A stretch of 63,942 bases of DNA, counting the filler, from Dugesia japonica (taxonomy: Eukaryota), in assembly GCA_001938525.1 (NCBI GenBank). It is 6 parts of 6 records of this genome, joined end to end, with 100 filler letters (N's around TTAATTAATTAA, not from the genome) between each part and the next. Parts side by side here need not be neighbours in the genome. Positions count along the whole stretch, not along the records: positions 28,532 to 43,861 come from MQRL01334905.1; positions 43,962 to 55,645 come from MQRL01557003.1; 4 more parts are not named here. One strand, written 5' to 3'. The translations under genes were made by a program, and so were the position numbers. Below the pieces are notes generated by a model, which had not been told where the DNA came from, did not search any database, and was given only the letters and a program-made list of their open reading frames with translations. Below, in pieces: positions 34,933 to 47,262 of this stretch; positions within the stretch are counted from its first letter, which is position 1; each line of letters begins with the position of its first letter.

Positions 34933-37491
34933 ATTTTTTCTAAGATTTTTCGGATCAAAATTTTTTTGATCGGATCAAATTTTTTTAGATCCTGGTGGTG
35001 TGTGTCTTTTTAAATTTTTAAATTTGTATGTGTTTGAGCTGTTAAGGTGGTTTTTAAAAAGTAAGTCAAATTGAGTTTGTGTGTGTGGTTGTGTGTGTAA
35101 GAAGGAATTTGGACTCGAGGTTGAGCTGGACATCTTGGAAATAGTTTTTTTGAAGTTTTTAAGATCTGGTTGTTGTTGGACAAAAATCTGGTCTATATAT
35201 TGTCTAAAGGACTTATGAGGTTGCATGTATTGTTCATCCTATAAGTTTAGTAGCGAACGATGACAGTCGTATAAGTTATCGCGGGGTGTTTTTAATGAGG
35301 CTGTAGGTTTGTATGTGGTTGATGGATTTTGTTGGTTGATATGTTGTTGAAGAGACAATGTGATAGAGAAAATGTTTGATGTCGATTGTGACTTAATTTT
35401 GTGAATTATAGTGCTTGAATTTGATTGGTTGATTTTTGTAAGTAGTATAAGTGTGTTAAAAAAAATTCGGGAGGAGGAGAGTGGTATGTGTGGAAAGATA
35501 ATTAATTATCGGATTTTTTGATAATTATTTGAAATTTTTTTGCCGCGCAAGTTTGACGTCATAATGTTTTGAAATCTTTATTTTGGTTAAAAATGCTGTA
35601 TTTTGATTAAAATGATGATTTAGAAAAAAGTAATGGTATTTTGTAAAAATGATGTGTTTTTAAATATTTTTTGAGTATTTTTGAACAGGGAAGCTTTGTT
35701 TTCTAAAATATTTTGAGAGAAGTCTTCATATTTCTTTTTTGGCAGGAAATTCAAAAATTTATTTTGTCATGGGAAATTAAAACATTTTTTGAGCAGACTT
35801 TATATTTATGTATGAGATAGAGCAGTCTTGATATTTAGCATGGGGAGTTTTTATATTTCATGGTATTTATGCATGGTATGGGCAGTCTTGATATTTATGA
35901 ATGGTATGGGCAGTCTCTTTTTTTTACATGGTATGGACAGTCTCTATATTTTATATGGTATTTCTGCATGGTATGGGCAGAATATACTATATTTTACATG
36001 GTATAGGACAGACTTGATATTTTTGTAAGAGTTTAGACAGTCTTGATTGAAGCATTATAATTATTTTTCTTTATATTTTACTTTAGATGTGTCAGTCTTG
36101 ATATTATTGCAGGGTATTGGGTAGTCTTGATATTTATAAGAGATTGAGGAATTATTGATTTTTTAAAAAATATTTTGCTTTAGGTCGAACAGTCTTGATA
36201 TTTTGCAAGGGATGGGACAGTCTACAATTTATTGACATGTGATTTTCGTTGTATGTGTGTTGCATATGAGTTACATCTGAGTTGAATACCTTTGTGATAT
36301 TTACTTGATAAAATATACAAGTAAAAAACAACTTTTTTCATAAAAAAACATATTAGTTGGGTAATTTTCTATAAAAAACATATTACTAGTGACCATTTTT
36401 TATAAAACATCTCATTAGCGACGCAATTTTTAATAAAAAATATCATTAGTGATGCAATTTTTAATACAAATTCTCATTAGCGATACAATTCTAAATAAAA
36501 AATATCATTAGTCATGCAATGTTTAATAAAAACATATTAGTCATGCAATTTTTTCTATAAAAAAACATATTAAATGAGAACATAAAAAATGATAAAAAAC
36601 ATACAACTTTTTTCATAAAAATCATAATTTCATGGAACCTTGCCATGTATAACTAATGAATCTATATAAAAAAACCTATAAGAAAATATTTTTTATGAGT
36701 GTATAGGGTTTATGAGTATATTATTTGCATAGTTAACTTGTATTATAGGGTTTACGAGTTTATAATTTGCATAGTTACCATGTATTATTTACACAGCAAC
36801 CATGTAATAAAGGAATAATAAGTGTATTATTTTCATAGTAACCCTGTATTATAGGGTTTATGAGTATATTATTTGTATTATTTATAAAGCAACTGTTTAA
36901 TATAATGCTTATGGTAGTAATATTTATATAGCAACCCTATATTTCAGGGTTTATGAGTATAGTATTTACATATTAACCGTGTAATAAGAAGTCCCCATGC
37001 AATATTTTAGATAACAAATCATATCATTTAAAATAATTTGCATCCAATCATATTAATCAAAATGAATAATAACCATTCATTTCCTTTAAAAAATGTAACG
37101 ACCAATAAAAACTAACAAATAACGAGTATAGTAGATAGATAGTAGCGCACTGGCACAATTTTTAAGCAGTTATCGCGCGACCCCTCATATTTCATCCTTC
37201 AGGAGGAGGGTCTCGGTTATAGGTAAGATTGTGCTCGTTTTTAGGGGGTTATTTTTTTCTAAGATTTTCGGGATCAAAAAAGTTTTGATCAGATCAGTTT
37301 TTTTATCCTAGGGTTGTGTATGTGTATTTTTAATTTTTAAATTTTGTGTACGTTTGGGTTACTAAGGTGGTTTTTAAAAAGTAGGTCAAGTTGAGTTTGT
37401 GTGCATGGGTGTTTGTATGTGTGAAAGAAGGAATTTAAACTCGAGGAGAAGCTGGAGATCTTGGAAATAATTTATTGGGGGTTTTAAAGAA
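34933..37491. repeat. Diverged direct repeat (~34933-35165 and ~37253-37491)
   Basis: Both copies read TTTTTTCTAAGATTTTCGG.ATCAAAA...AAGGTGGTTTTTAAAAAGTA.GTCAA...AAGAAGGAATTT..ACTCGAGG...GCTGGA.ATCTTGGAAATA. Confidence 0.85.
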
Positions 37492-39214
37492 TTTTTTTGG
37501 CGGGAAATTCAAAAAAAATAATTTTTTGCAAGGAAATATGAAAAACTATTTCTTTTGGCTGGGGAAATTTGCAATTTGATTAAACTAAATTAAATTATGT
37601 ATGAAAATTTTGGCGAGAAATTTAAAAAATTTCTTTTTGGGCGGGAAGTTTAAAAAAATATTTTTTTTGAAGGGGAAATTTTTAATTTAATTAAAATTAA
37701 TTAAATTTCTTTTGAAAAGACTATATTTATGAATGAGATGAGACAGTCTGGATATTTTGGATATTATAAATTCATAAACTCTATAATACAAGTTAACTAT
37801 GCAAATAATATACTCATAAACCCTATACACTCATAAAAAATATTTTCTTATAAGTTTTTTATATAGACGTATTAGTTATACATAGAAAGGTTCCATGAAA
37901 TTATGATTTTTATGAAAAAGTTGTATGTTTTTTATCATTTTTTTCTAAGAACTGTTCTCATTTAATATGTTTTTTTATAGAAAAAATTGCATCACTAATA
38001 TGTTTTTATTAAAAATTGCATCACTAATGATATTTTTTATTTAGAATTGCATCGCTAATGAGTTTTTTATTAAAAATTGCAACACTAATGAAATTTTTGA
38101 TAAAAATTTTATCACTAATGATATTTTTTCTAAAATTTTGTAATTAGTAATATGTTTTTTAAAGAAAATTACCTAAATAATATGTTTTTTATGAAAAAAG
38201 TTGTTTTTTATTTGAATATTTTATCATGTAACTATCGCAAAGACTCTCCTCTTTGGTTATTTTTAATACATTGAAAATCACGTGCCTAGGAATTTTTATT
38301 AATAAATGCAATAGGTATGCAACCCAGATACCATGAGAATGCAACACACATACACTAAAAATCAAGTGTCTGAAAATTTTTAATAAATTTCCCACCAAAA
38401 AGAAATTTTTAAAACTCAAAATAGCCGCCATTTTGAATTTTTTTAAATAAATTTTTAATAAATGCAATAGGTATGCCACTAAGATATAACTCATGTGCAA
38501 CACACATACAATGAAAATCACATGTCAATAAATTGTAGACCATCCCTTGCAAAATATCAAGACTGTCCGATCTAAAGCAAAATATTTTTNAAAAAATCAA
38601 TAATGCCTTAATCTCTTATAAATATTAAGACTACCCAATATCCTGCAATAATATCAAGACTGACACATCTTAAGTAAAATTTAAAGAAAAATAATTATAA
38701 TGCTTCAATCAAGAATGTCCAATCTCTTTAAAAAATATCAAGTCTGTCCTATACCATGTAAAATATAGAGACTGCCCATACCATGAAAAATATCAAGACT
38801 GCCCATACTATGCAGAAATACCATATAAAATATAGAGACTGCCCATACAATGTAAAAAAAAGAGACTGCCCATACCATTCATAAATATCAAGACTGCCCA
38901 TACCATGCATAAATGCCATGTAAAATATAGAGAATTCTTCATACCATGCCAAATATAGAAACTCTCCATGCTAAATATCAAGACTGCTCTATCTCATACA
39001 TAAATATAAAGTTTGCTCAAAAAATGTTTTAATTTCCCATGACAAAATAAATTTTTGAATTTCCCGCCCAAAAAACTTTATTTGAATTTCCCGCCAAATA
39101 AAATATCAAGACTTTTCTCTTCCTGGTTTAAAAAATTTAAAAACAAAGCTACCCTGTTCAAAAATACTATTACTTTCATCTGAATCATCATTTTAAGCAA
39201 AATGCAGCATTTTA
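35588..39214. mobile_element. Foldback-like structure with long modular inverted arms (~35588-36765 and ~37763-39214)
   Basis: The arms are reverse complements, for example 35760-35845 vs 38965-39055. Each contains tandem arrays of ~27-bp GGTATGGGCAGTCTTGATATTT units and ~30-bp CATTAG.GATGCAATTTTTAATAAAA units. No transposase ORF. Confidence 0.85.
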
Positions 39215-40189
39215 AATTGAACAGCACCTTGAATTTTATCTTAAAAATTTTATGTCAAAAACATTTTACGCTAAAACAATAATCAAATGTCCGGGTACCA
39301 ACTAAGTTTCGTATTATTTGCTAAGAGAGCAGGATTCAATACGAGGTTATTTAAATTATTTGAAGTGTAAGCTTTTTTATTCATTTGTAAAAACTCACTT
39401 TATGTGGATTTAAATTTTAAAATTTTATTGTAAAGCATCTTTGCCAAGTTTTCAAATCTCATTGCATAAACTCTCCAGTCATATTCTCACACATCATGTG
39501 TAAGATATCAATTTATTTCTGAATTGTAAAAAGATACTTAAATTATGATACTATTTCATATTATCAACTTACATAATTTTGTATTTTTATTAATTTTATT
39601 ATTATTTAATTATAGTTTTTCGGTTTAATTAATTGTTGCATTTATAATGATCATAAGCCATGCTTTTATATTTCATCATTTATAAAAGGCGCTTATAATC
39701 CAAGTGTGATACTGAGCGTTTTTGTGGTCTTAATCTATCGGTATTTACATTGATTAACTCTTTCTTATAATCCTTTTAGCACTTATACTTATAGAAATTA
39801 TTGTATATTTTTAACTCATTTTATAAACCATAAAATCTTGATCTAAAAATATTTATTTTAAAAAATCTTACCCTGACGTTGGTTTTTATTATTTATCCAC
39901 TATGTTTGCCACAGTATTTCAATAGAATCTATGTTTCTTAATGTAATTACTTGTTTCTGAGAAAATATTTGGCATACATCAACTACAATACTTTCCAAAA
40001 AGAAATTATCAGTATCAATTTCAATGAAATTATTCTTACAATTTCTCATAGTAGACAATACACATATTGTGATTGGTATATGTCTCAGTGATTATTCAAA
40101 GTGATATTAATAGGTATTTTTAGATCAACTTTTGATAAATAGCCATTTTCTGAATTTCCAATTATTAATATTCTTTTTCTTTCTAAAGA

Positions 40190-40640
40190 GATGTGGAAAT
40201 TCATACAATTTGAGAATTTTTACAAATGACGCTCAAAAGGTTACATTTAAATTGTGAAATATTGCAAATATTTTGATCTATGACTACTTACATTAATTAT
40301 TATTTAAATATTTTGTTTTTTTTTAGAATTTTTTATTCAAGGAGTTAAGTATTTTCAATTAAATATAATTGATCTTCTAATAAGTAATTTATAGATTACA
40401 AATTTTTCAATGCTACCAAATATGGAATCCATAGTAAAGCTGAACCAATGAAAATTTATATTGAAATGGGTTATCCAATCAATGTTGATTGCAATAATAT
40501 ATCTATAAATCCTGAAGTACAATTTGACAAAAAAATCAATTATACATTGGAAATTCCTTCGAAATTGTTCTTGTTAAATCCAATACAATTAAATTATGAT
40601 GGATTTTTTCAAATGTTTATAAATTTTACTTTTTATCCGG
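40190..40640 (+). CDS. Possible multi-exon orphan gene fragment
   Basis: AG/GT-bounded open segments (RCGNSYNLRIFTNDAQK; YKFFNATKYGIHSKAEPMKIYIEMGYPINVDC...). No recognisable family. Confidence 0.2.
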
Positions 40641-41336
40641 TTAATTTAACGGTTTCAAAATTTTTAAGTTTTATTTTCCACAGTAAATTATTTGTCGTAT
40701 ACGTTATAAAATTCGTAGAAAATATTAAGAATTCACTAATCAGATTTAATCTGATTTTATGCATGTACTGTTTAAAATTTGAAATTTAAAAGTGAAATAA
40801 TATAATGCTCGTTATTTAAAGATTTCACAGAGGTAGCATGCAAAGCGCTATAAAGAATAGTAAACTTTAACCAGATATTTCCCCTGCATTTTTACCTCAT
40901 TGTAAAATACACATTTTAAAGAATTACACTTTTATTCTAATGAAAACAGAATGGAATTTGACATTCAAAAAATAAAATCTTACTTTTACAAGAGACTTTG
41001 AGCAAAAACTACAAATAAGTTAATTAGACTCTGTAACCCTTTATCCTATCTTATGTAAAAATGTAAGAACATGCGGTGAAAGAACATATAAATCATGTAC
41101 CAAGTTTATATTCTCATTACTTTTGTATGATTTATCATGTTGTAATACAGCATGGTCTACTCTATTAACTTCTTTCTACAGGCCTAGTTTGTTATCAATA
41201 TGAAACAATATTGTATAATTCTTATTAAAAATTCTACTTTAAAATTTAAAGTAAATAATATTTTTTTAAATATTCCTGATAAAAAAATAAAATTTTTAAA
41301 ATAAGTCTTTTAACTGAAAGAATGTAATCGTTTTTA

Positions 41337-41954
41337 GGGGCCCTTCATAAATGACGTCACACGATTATGGGAGAGGGTCATATATTTGTGACGATGGGTG
41401 ACAAGTCGCGAGGGGGTCTAAGATATGTGATGTCACATAAAAATAAATGAGAGTATTGAAAATACTAAAAATATGAAATAAGAGTATGAAAATACTAAAA
41501 AGTCAATTCCTGACTAAGACAAGGTCGAAATGTCGAATTGTTATCCAATATCAATAATTAAAACCTAAATTTTGATCTAAGCTTTTATATTAAATGAATT
41601 CTATAAAACAATCAATGGTTAAGTCCAACAATTATTCTCGTAATAATTGCAATTGTAAGAGAGTATTGAATTTTAGAAATTTTACTGATTCTACTAAAGC
41701 ATTTATTTTTGTGCACTGGATATTAAATGATTGTTATAAGATACGTTCGATTTCTCTTTGGTGTAATATACTAAATTCATTAATTAAAAAGGATGATAAA
41801 TATTAATTTGGAATCTGTAAAGTTTCATTTTTAGAAATAAATGCAGATTTTGTAACTTCAAATTTGAGAGGGGTCTGACATTTTGTGACTAAGTGTGACA
41901 AGGGGGGTGTAAAGAATCATTCAAAATTGTGTGACGTCATTTTTGGATGCCCTC
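41337..41954. mobile_element. PIF/Harbinger-type MITE
   Basis: Left end TTA|GGGGCCCTTCATAAATGACGTCACA and right end rc GAGGGCATCCAAAAATGACGTCACA, with subterminal GTGAC repeats. A related single TIR lies at ~50712-50738. Confidence 0.8.
41461..41658 (+). mobile_element. Penelope pLTR-like insert with a mutated hammerhead (41505-41539), nested in the Harbinger MITE
   Basis: Flanked by a 12-bp direct repeat GAGAGTATTGAA (41449-41460, 41659-41670). Reads AAUUC CUGACUA A GAC AAG GUC GAAA UG UC GAAUU. Homologous to 12960-13129 (rc) and 52829-52867. Confidence 0.7.
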
Positions 41955-42049
41955 TTGGTTGTAATATGAATATAAAATCTGATGTCAGATGTAGAAGTGA
42001 CAGTTGTAATTACTACTAGATTAAATTCCTCCTTTTATGCTCAGTATCT

Positions 42050-43430
42050 TGTTCTTGTTATTGTAAGTGGAAAACTCTTCCAAACTAGTCAAGAGTTCTA
42101 GCTTTATTTATGCAATTTACCAATGAAAATTTCTGAAGAATATGAAACCTTTCTTTATGATTTCTTCAATTTTAACTTTATCATTTTAAAAATCATCTAT
42201 TCAAAACATACTAGATAACCCATATAATCAAATATTATAGAATAATCAATCCTTGAATGGAAAATCTCCCTCGTCAAGTGTTTCAATAAAAATTTTGAAT
42301 CAAATATTAAACTCTTCTTAACTGGAGTAAATAAAATTTAGAAACGATCAGTGAGAAAGTAGCGCTGAGAATTGTCTCCTTAACAAGTATTTATACAACA
42401 CTAGACTCGGAAGAAAAAATCATTTTTTGTAAATTTTTCAAAAAACGAAACAGCATTAGTATTCTTCGTTGACAGTGAAAATGATAAAATTAAAAGAAAA
42501 TATTTTAAATAAAACACAGAAAATTACACTTATTGGTATTTCATACAAACAAACCAATATAAAGCTATTGTCTAAGAAACTCTATTTCAAAGTCAGTAAT
42601 CACAACAACTCTATCACTTTGGAATTCATCGTTGCCGACTTATCCAAAACTACATTTCATCAGTATTAATTACAACAGAAAAAGCATGGTATTTTCTATC
42701 TACGGATGTGCTGTACTTGAACACTCTAGGAAATATGGTGTGATTGTTACAAACAAGTGGAAAACATGTTAATCGTAATTCATAAATGAACATAAAAACG
42801 AAAAGATTTTCTGTTAAACAAACATTTCAATAAGGTTATTTGGAGAAACAATTGTCGCAGTGAAAACATATTCCCGTTATCTCAGTCACGTGGATCAGTC
42901 GATTTGAACTCCAAGAAGTCATTACAGATAAATAACGAAAATTTGAATCAAAGCATTGCAAATAGAATTTTGTCGATTAGTTAGATCAGAAGATAATATA
43001 AGGGAAAAGAACGCATTAGAAAAGACATTAATAAATTCAAATAAGGCGTAGAAATAAAGACTATTAAAGACGGTTTTGTTTTATGGCACTTTATGCGTTT
43101 GGGGAACAAAACGTAATTCATGTTAACTAACGCCTAAGTAGAAACACCGTGTTACCAGGTTATATCATAACTGCAAATGGTATTTTTAAGGAATCAAAGA
43201 AAACATCAAAATTTAAAACAAAGAACTGATTGTATCTCAAAGAGAAAATCAGAAGTCAATAGAGATTTCCTTAATTTACTAAAGAAAGCATGATTAAAAG
43301 TATAGATTCCTATTGGTCTCGATAACAATTATGAGGTCCCATTCTAAGTCCTTAGTCGTAACAATAACAAACTTTCAAAATCGATTTAGATGGCTCGACA
43401 AAGATCGTTTCGATCGACTATTTAATGCAA
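42050..43430 (+). mobile_element. Heavily decayed gypsy gag-pol remnant
   Basis: A frameshifted GPF segment followed by VSIDRL-like sequence at ~43330-43422 is typical of integrase C-termini. The upstream part is barely recognisable. Confidence 0.4.
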
Positions 43431-43861
43431 TATTATTTAAGTGATGTAGAATTTTTATTAAAAGTTATAAATTAAAATTAAATGATTTTTGTTTAAATAT
43501 ACTTTTTAATAAAAAAAACAATAAAATTTTTACAATGAAATTCTGAACTAGAATCTGCATAAATGAATGAATGTTACAATAATGTATTCATTTTTTTACA
43601 AAATAAAGTATTAGAAATTTGCTTTTTTTTTGGTTTAAATAAATATAATTCACATAATTAAGGTGAAACTGTTCTCGTTTATCTTTATCCAAAACTCGTT
43701 AAAAGAGGATATGCAATTTCATGTGTTTCAAATTCACTCGATAAATTATTAATTTACAAATGGGTGTGTTATTTAAATGATTATAATGTTACACTTTTAA
43801 AAAATAAAAGTGCATATGATCCAAATGTGCTATTTCATAATAGTAACTTTCTGGAAAATGC

Positions 43862-43961
43862 NNNNNNNNNNNNNNNNNNNNNNNNNNNNNNNNNNNNNNN
43901 NNNNNTTAATTAATTAANNNNNNNNNNNNNNNNNNNNNNNNNNNNNNNNNNNNNNNNNNNN
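43862..43961. other. Artificial scaffold-joining spacer
   Basis: N44 + TTAATTAATTAA (43906-43917) + N44. Confidence 0.95.
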
Positions 43962-45701
43962 TGATATTCGAATATTTTTGAACGATACAAAATTATAAAT
44001 TGTAAAAATTTAATCTGTACTCTGTACTCTCAGTAAACTATAATTATTTATTTTTTTTTGATGTCCCAAACGTTGTCTCTGTACTTAAAAGAATCAGCTA
44101 ATGGTGTCATTGTTTAATACTTGGCGTCTTTGTTGTTTTATGTTATTAAACAAATACAAAAATTTTGACAAAAATTTAAACCCCCTTTTATATATTCCTG
44201 GCTACGCTACTGCTCACGAGACTTGACTCCCAGGGATTTCCATTTCTTTAAAAATCTTGATTATTTCCTGAAGGATNNNNNNNNNNNNNNNNNNNNNNNN
44301 NNNNNNNNNNNNNNNNNNNNNNNNNNNNNNNNNNNNNNNNNNNNAAATGGGGATCAATAAACTTTAATCACGTTTGCAAAAATGCATAGATTCCTACAAT
44401 GCTGCTTTTTTAATAAAATGTTTGTAATTGACTTAGTAATGACAGTTTAAGTCCACCATTACTTTCCGAATGACTTAATAATATGATTATTTTGAAATTT
44501 TTTATTGTTGAAAACAAAAAATTTCATTATTTCGTGGCAACAATTGATTTGGAAATTCAAATTTTGGTTGAATTTTTTCATTTTCGTGCGAATTTAATTA
44601 AAAGTGAAATTGAAAATTTTAACTTCAATTTATAAATAATAATGAATATTTAACTAGATAGTATTTGCAGCGTGTTACTTTAAAAAAATACTGACTATTG
44701 AGTAAAAAATTAAATTACTTAAATATATAAAATAAATGTAAGTTATTACTAAAACGCAAAAAAACTAGAAAAGTGCTTTAGAAAAATTAAGATGAGTAAA
44801 ATATCATTATGAAATTAAACTAAGATATTAAAAAAAATAATTGCTAAACTGTATATGGGAATATTCCTCGAAGAATAACGTACTTGGAGATTCGTTCGAA
44901 AAGTTTGTTGAACTAATATTACTTTTTATTTTATATCAATTAGTTCTTATTGAGTTTTAAATTTTATTTTTTTTCATTGTTATATTAGGTATAGTTTAAA
45001 AAAATTCAGTATTTTTAGCATATTTTTATCAGTAGCATTATAATTATTTTATAATTTAATATTTTACAACTTATTATTTATTTTAAATAAAATTCAATTA
45101 TGTTTAATTTTAATTATTTGAGGGGAAATAATTTGTATGATCTTTATTTTCTTCAACATGATCAATATGGTTTTTTGTTAAATGAGGTTAAATTTTTATT
45201 GAAAAACATTTTCCAATTTTTTGAGTAAAACAAACAAATTCTTTAAAATCCATCGTGACTCAACAAAGATAAAAGCAATTCATTAAAAGGCTAAGTTAAG
45301 GAAAATTTCCAAATAAAACTTGAAATTTTTTTAGCTATATAACAAATGCGATTTCACTTATGAGATATCTAACTCAACAAATTTGTTATTTGAATAAGAC
45401 TCAAGAATAAATTAGAATTTAAAGGAAGACAGAAAGATACAAACCAATATAATAAATAAACCAATTATGCCAATTTTTTTATATTTTCTTTACCACACCT
45501 TTAGAGTGGAGAGCGCATCGGAAAGATTTTTTATAATTGAAATTAGATTTTCTAGTAAATATTGATTATCAAATAAATAGATAAATAAATAATTGTTTTT
45601 TAATAATGTCAACTTAGCAGAAAATAAAATATTTTGATAATTATTAAATATATGTCAAAAATTCTTATTTTAAATGGTAATTTTTAAATCAAATTTCTAA
45701 C

Positions 45702-45841
45702 GTTGATTTGCACTTTTTCAATTTCTTGCAAAACAAAACGTTTCGAATGAATATAAATTGGAAAATTATCTCTCTCCTCACGAACCATTTCCACAAGATA
45801 TCCGAGAATAGAATAATCGTATGCCAGACGCTTCACCAAAA
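45702..45841 (-). CDS. RASSF: RASSF exon, end of RA domain
   Basis: Phase-1 join with the previous exon. VLVKRLAYD...KRFVLQEIEKVQIN matches RASSF RKL...FVLKENETGEVN(W). Splice sites TTCAG| and |GTTAGA. Confidence 0.7.
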
Positions 45842-47236
45842 CTGAATATAAAAAATACGATAATTTATTATTCTATAAGTTTAATATTAACAGAAAAATT
45901 AGCAAAATTTATTACAGTAAAATATTTATCATTTTTTAAATTGTTTATATTATAATTTACTGTTCCACTTAAATTATAAAGTGTTCACTTTTCATATTGA
46001 ATTATATTAATCACTCACTATTATAATATAAATTACAAACTAATCGATTATTAATAGATTATTAATTAATTATATAAAATTTAATCATAGTACTAAAAGT
46101 TGTTTATTTAAATAAGAGTACAACGCCTACGACCAAATTTATAAAATTATGAAATTTTCCTTAAATTTAAAATCTATTTAATGAAAATTTAATGAATGCA
46201 TTTCACAAAAACTAATAGGTGCAAATGAAAAATTTTAAATGAAAATAAAAAGTTTCAATTATAATTAAAATATTGTATTATCGATGCAGATCCTTTTTCA
46301 GTTAAAATAAATTTCTAACCAGGTTTTTTTGCATTTTTAGACAATTTTTCTTTAAGATCAGAAGAGGTACCATCACTTTCAACTTATAGTAATAAAAAAT
46401 CATTTATTTATAGCGAAAATGTTAGACATTATCCTGTTAGCTCGAATAACTTCATGATTTCGTATTCAACGATTGATTTTATAATACTCATTCCGAATCT
46501 AGGTTTCGTTTTCGTTGATAAAAATATTTGAGTGAGATTATTGATAATTGCTGATTTCCGATTTTGTGAAAATTTATTTTAGGTAACAATCAAGTTGGTC
46601 TTACAATGGATGGCATATTCAAGACGCCGCTTTTGAATTTGATCAATTGTATATCATACATGATAACCAATTTAATTATTATTTCCATTGTTATTTGCTT
46701 TTCTTAAGAGTAAAACTCCATTATATGTACATTTATTATTCATTAACTATCTTGATCGATTTTGAATATGCGATGTTTTTGGTAATAAAAAATGTGTTCT
46801 CAGACTCTAGGATCAGAGGTTGCTATTTTTACTTGAGTGCAGTGACATGAAGAAAAGTTTGTTCTTTGGGATTAAAAGAACTTTATAAAACAGATATATT
46901 TTAAAAGAATGCTTATTTATATTTCCTTTTGACCACTTGTTCCGATTAGTCGACCTCACATTACCTGGAATTTCATTTAAGTTCTTTTTCTACAAGAAAT
47001 TTAGATGTTTTGTCTTTATTTTGATATATTGAGAATACTTAATAAGACAACTGTTAAGCTTTATTCAGTGTTGAGATTTGGTTGCATTTTGATAACTATG
47101 ATCAAAGAATAAATAATTTCGCAGAAGGATTCAGCTTTAAGTTTTCTTGAAGATTAAAAGCTCACCCTAAAGTTTATGAAGTTTTGATTAGTCTTGTTCG
47201 AATTCAAACCATCAATTAAGTTGTGGTCGAAAGCCT

Positions 47237-47262
47237 GATATATATATATATATATATATATA
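47237..47262. repeat. (TA)n microsatellite
   Basis: Direct reading. Confidence 0.9.

Noticed and set aside
35860-36560. CRISPR-like appearance of regularly spaced repeats
   Set aside because: The units are directly tandem and degenerate with no unique spacers. The context is eukaryotic and there are no cas genes.
35828-38952. ORFs with repeated HGMGSL/MVWAV motifs
   Set aside because: These are translations of the ~27-bp tandem units in the foldback arms and occur in several frames.
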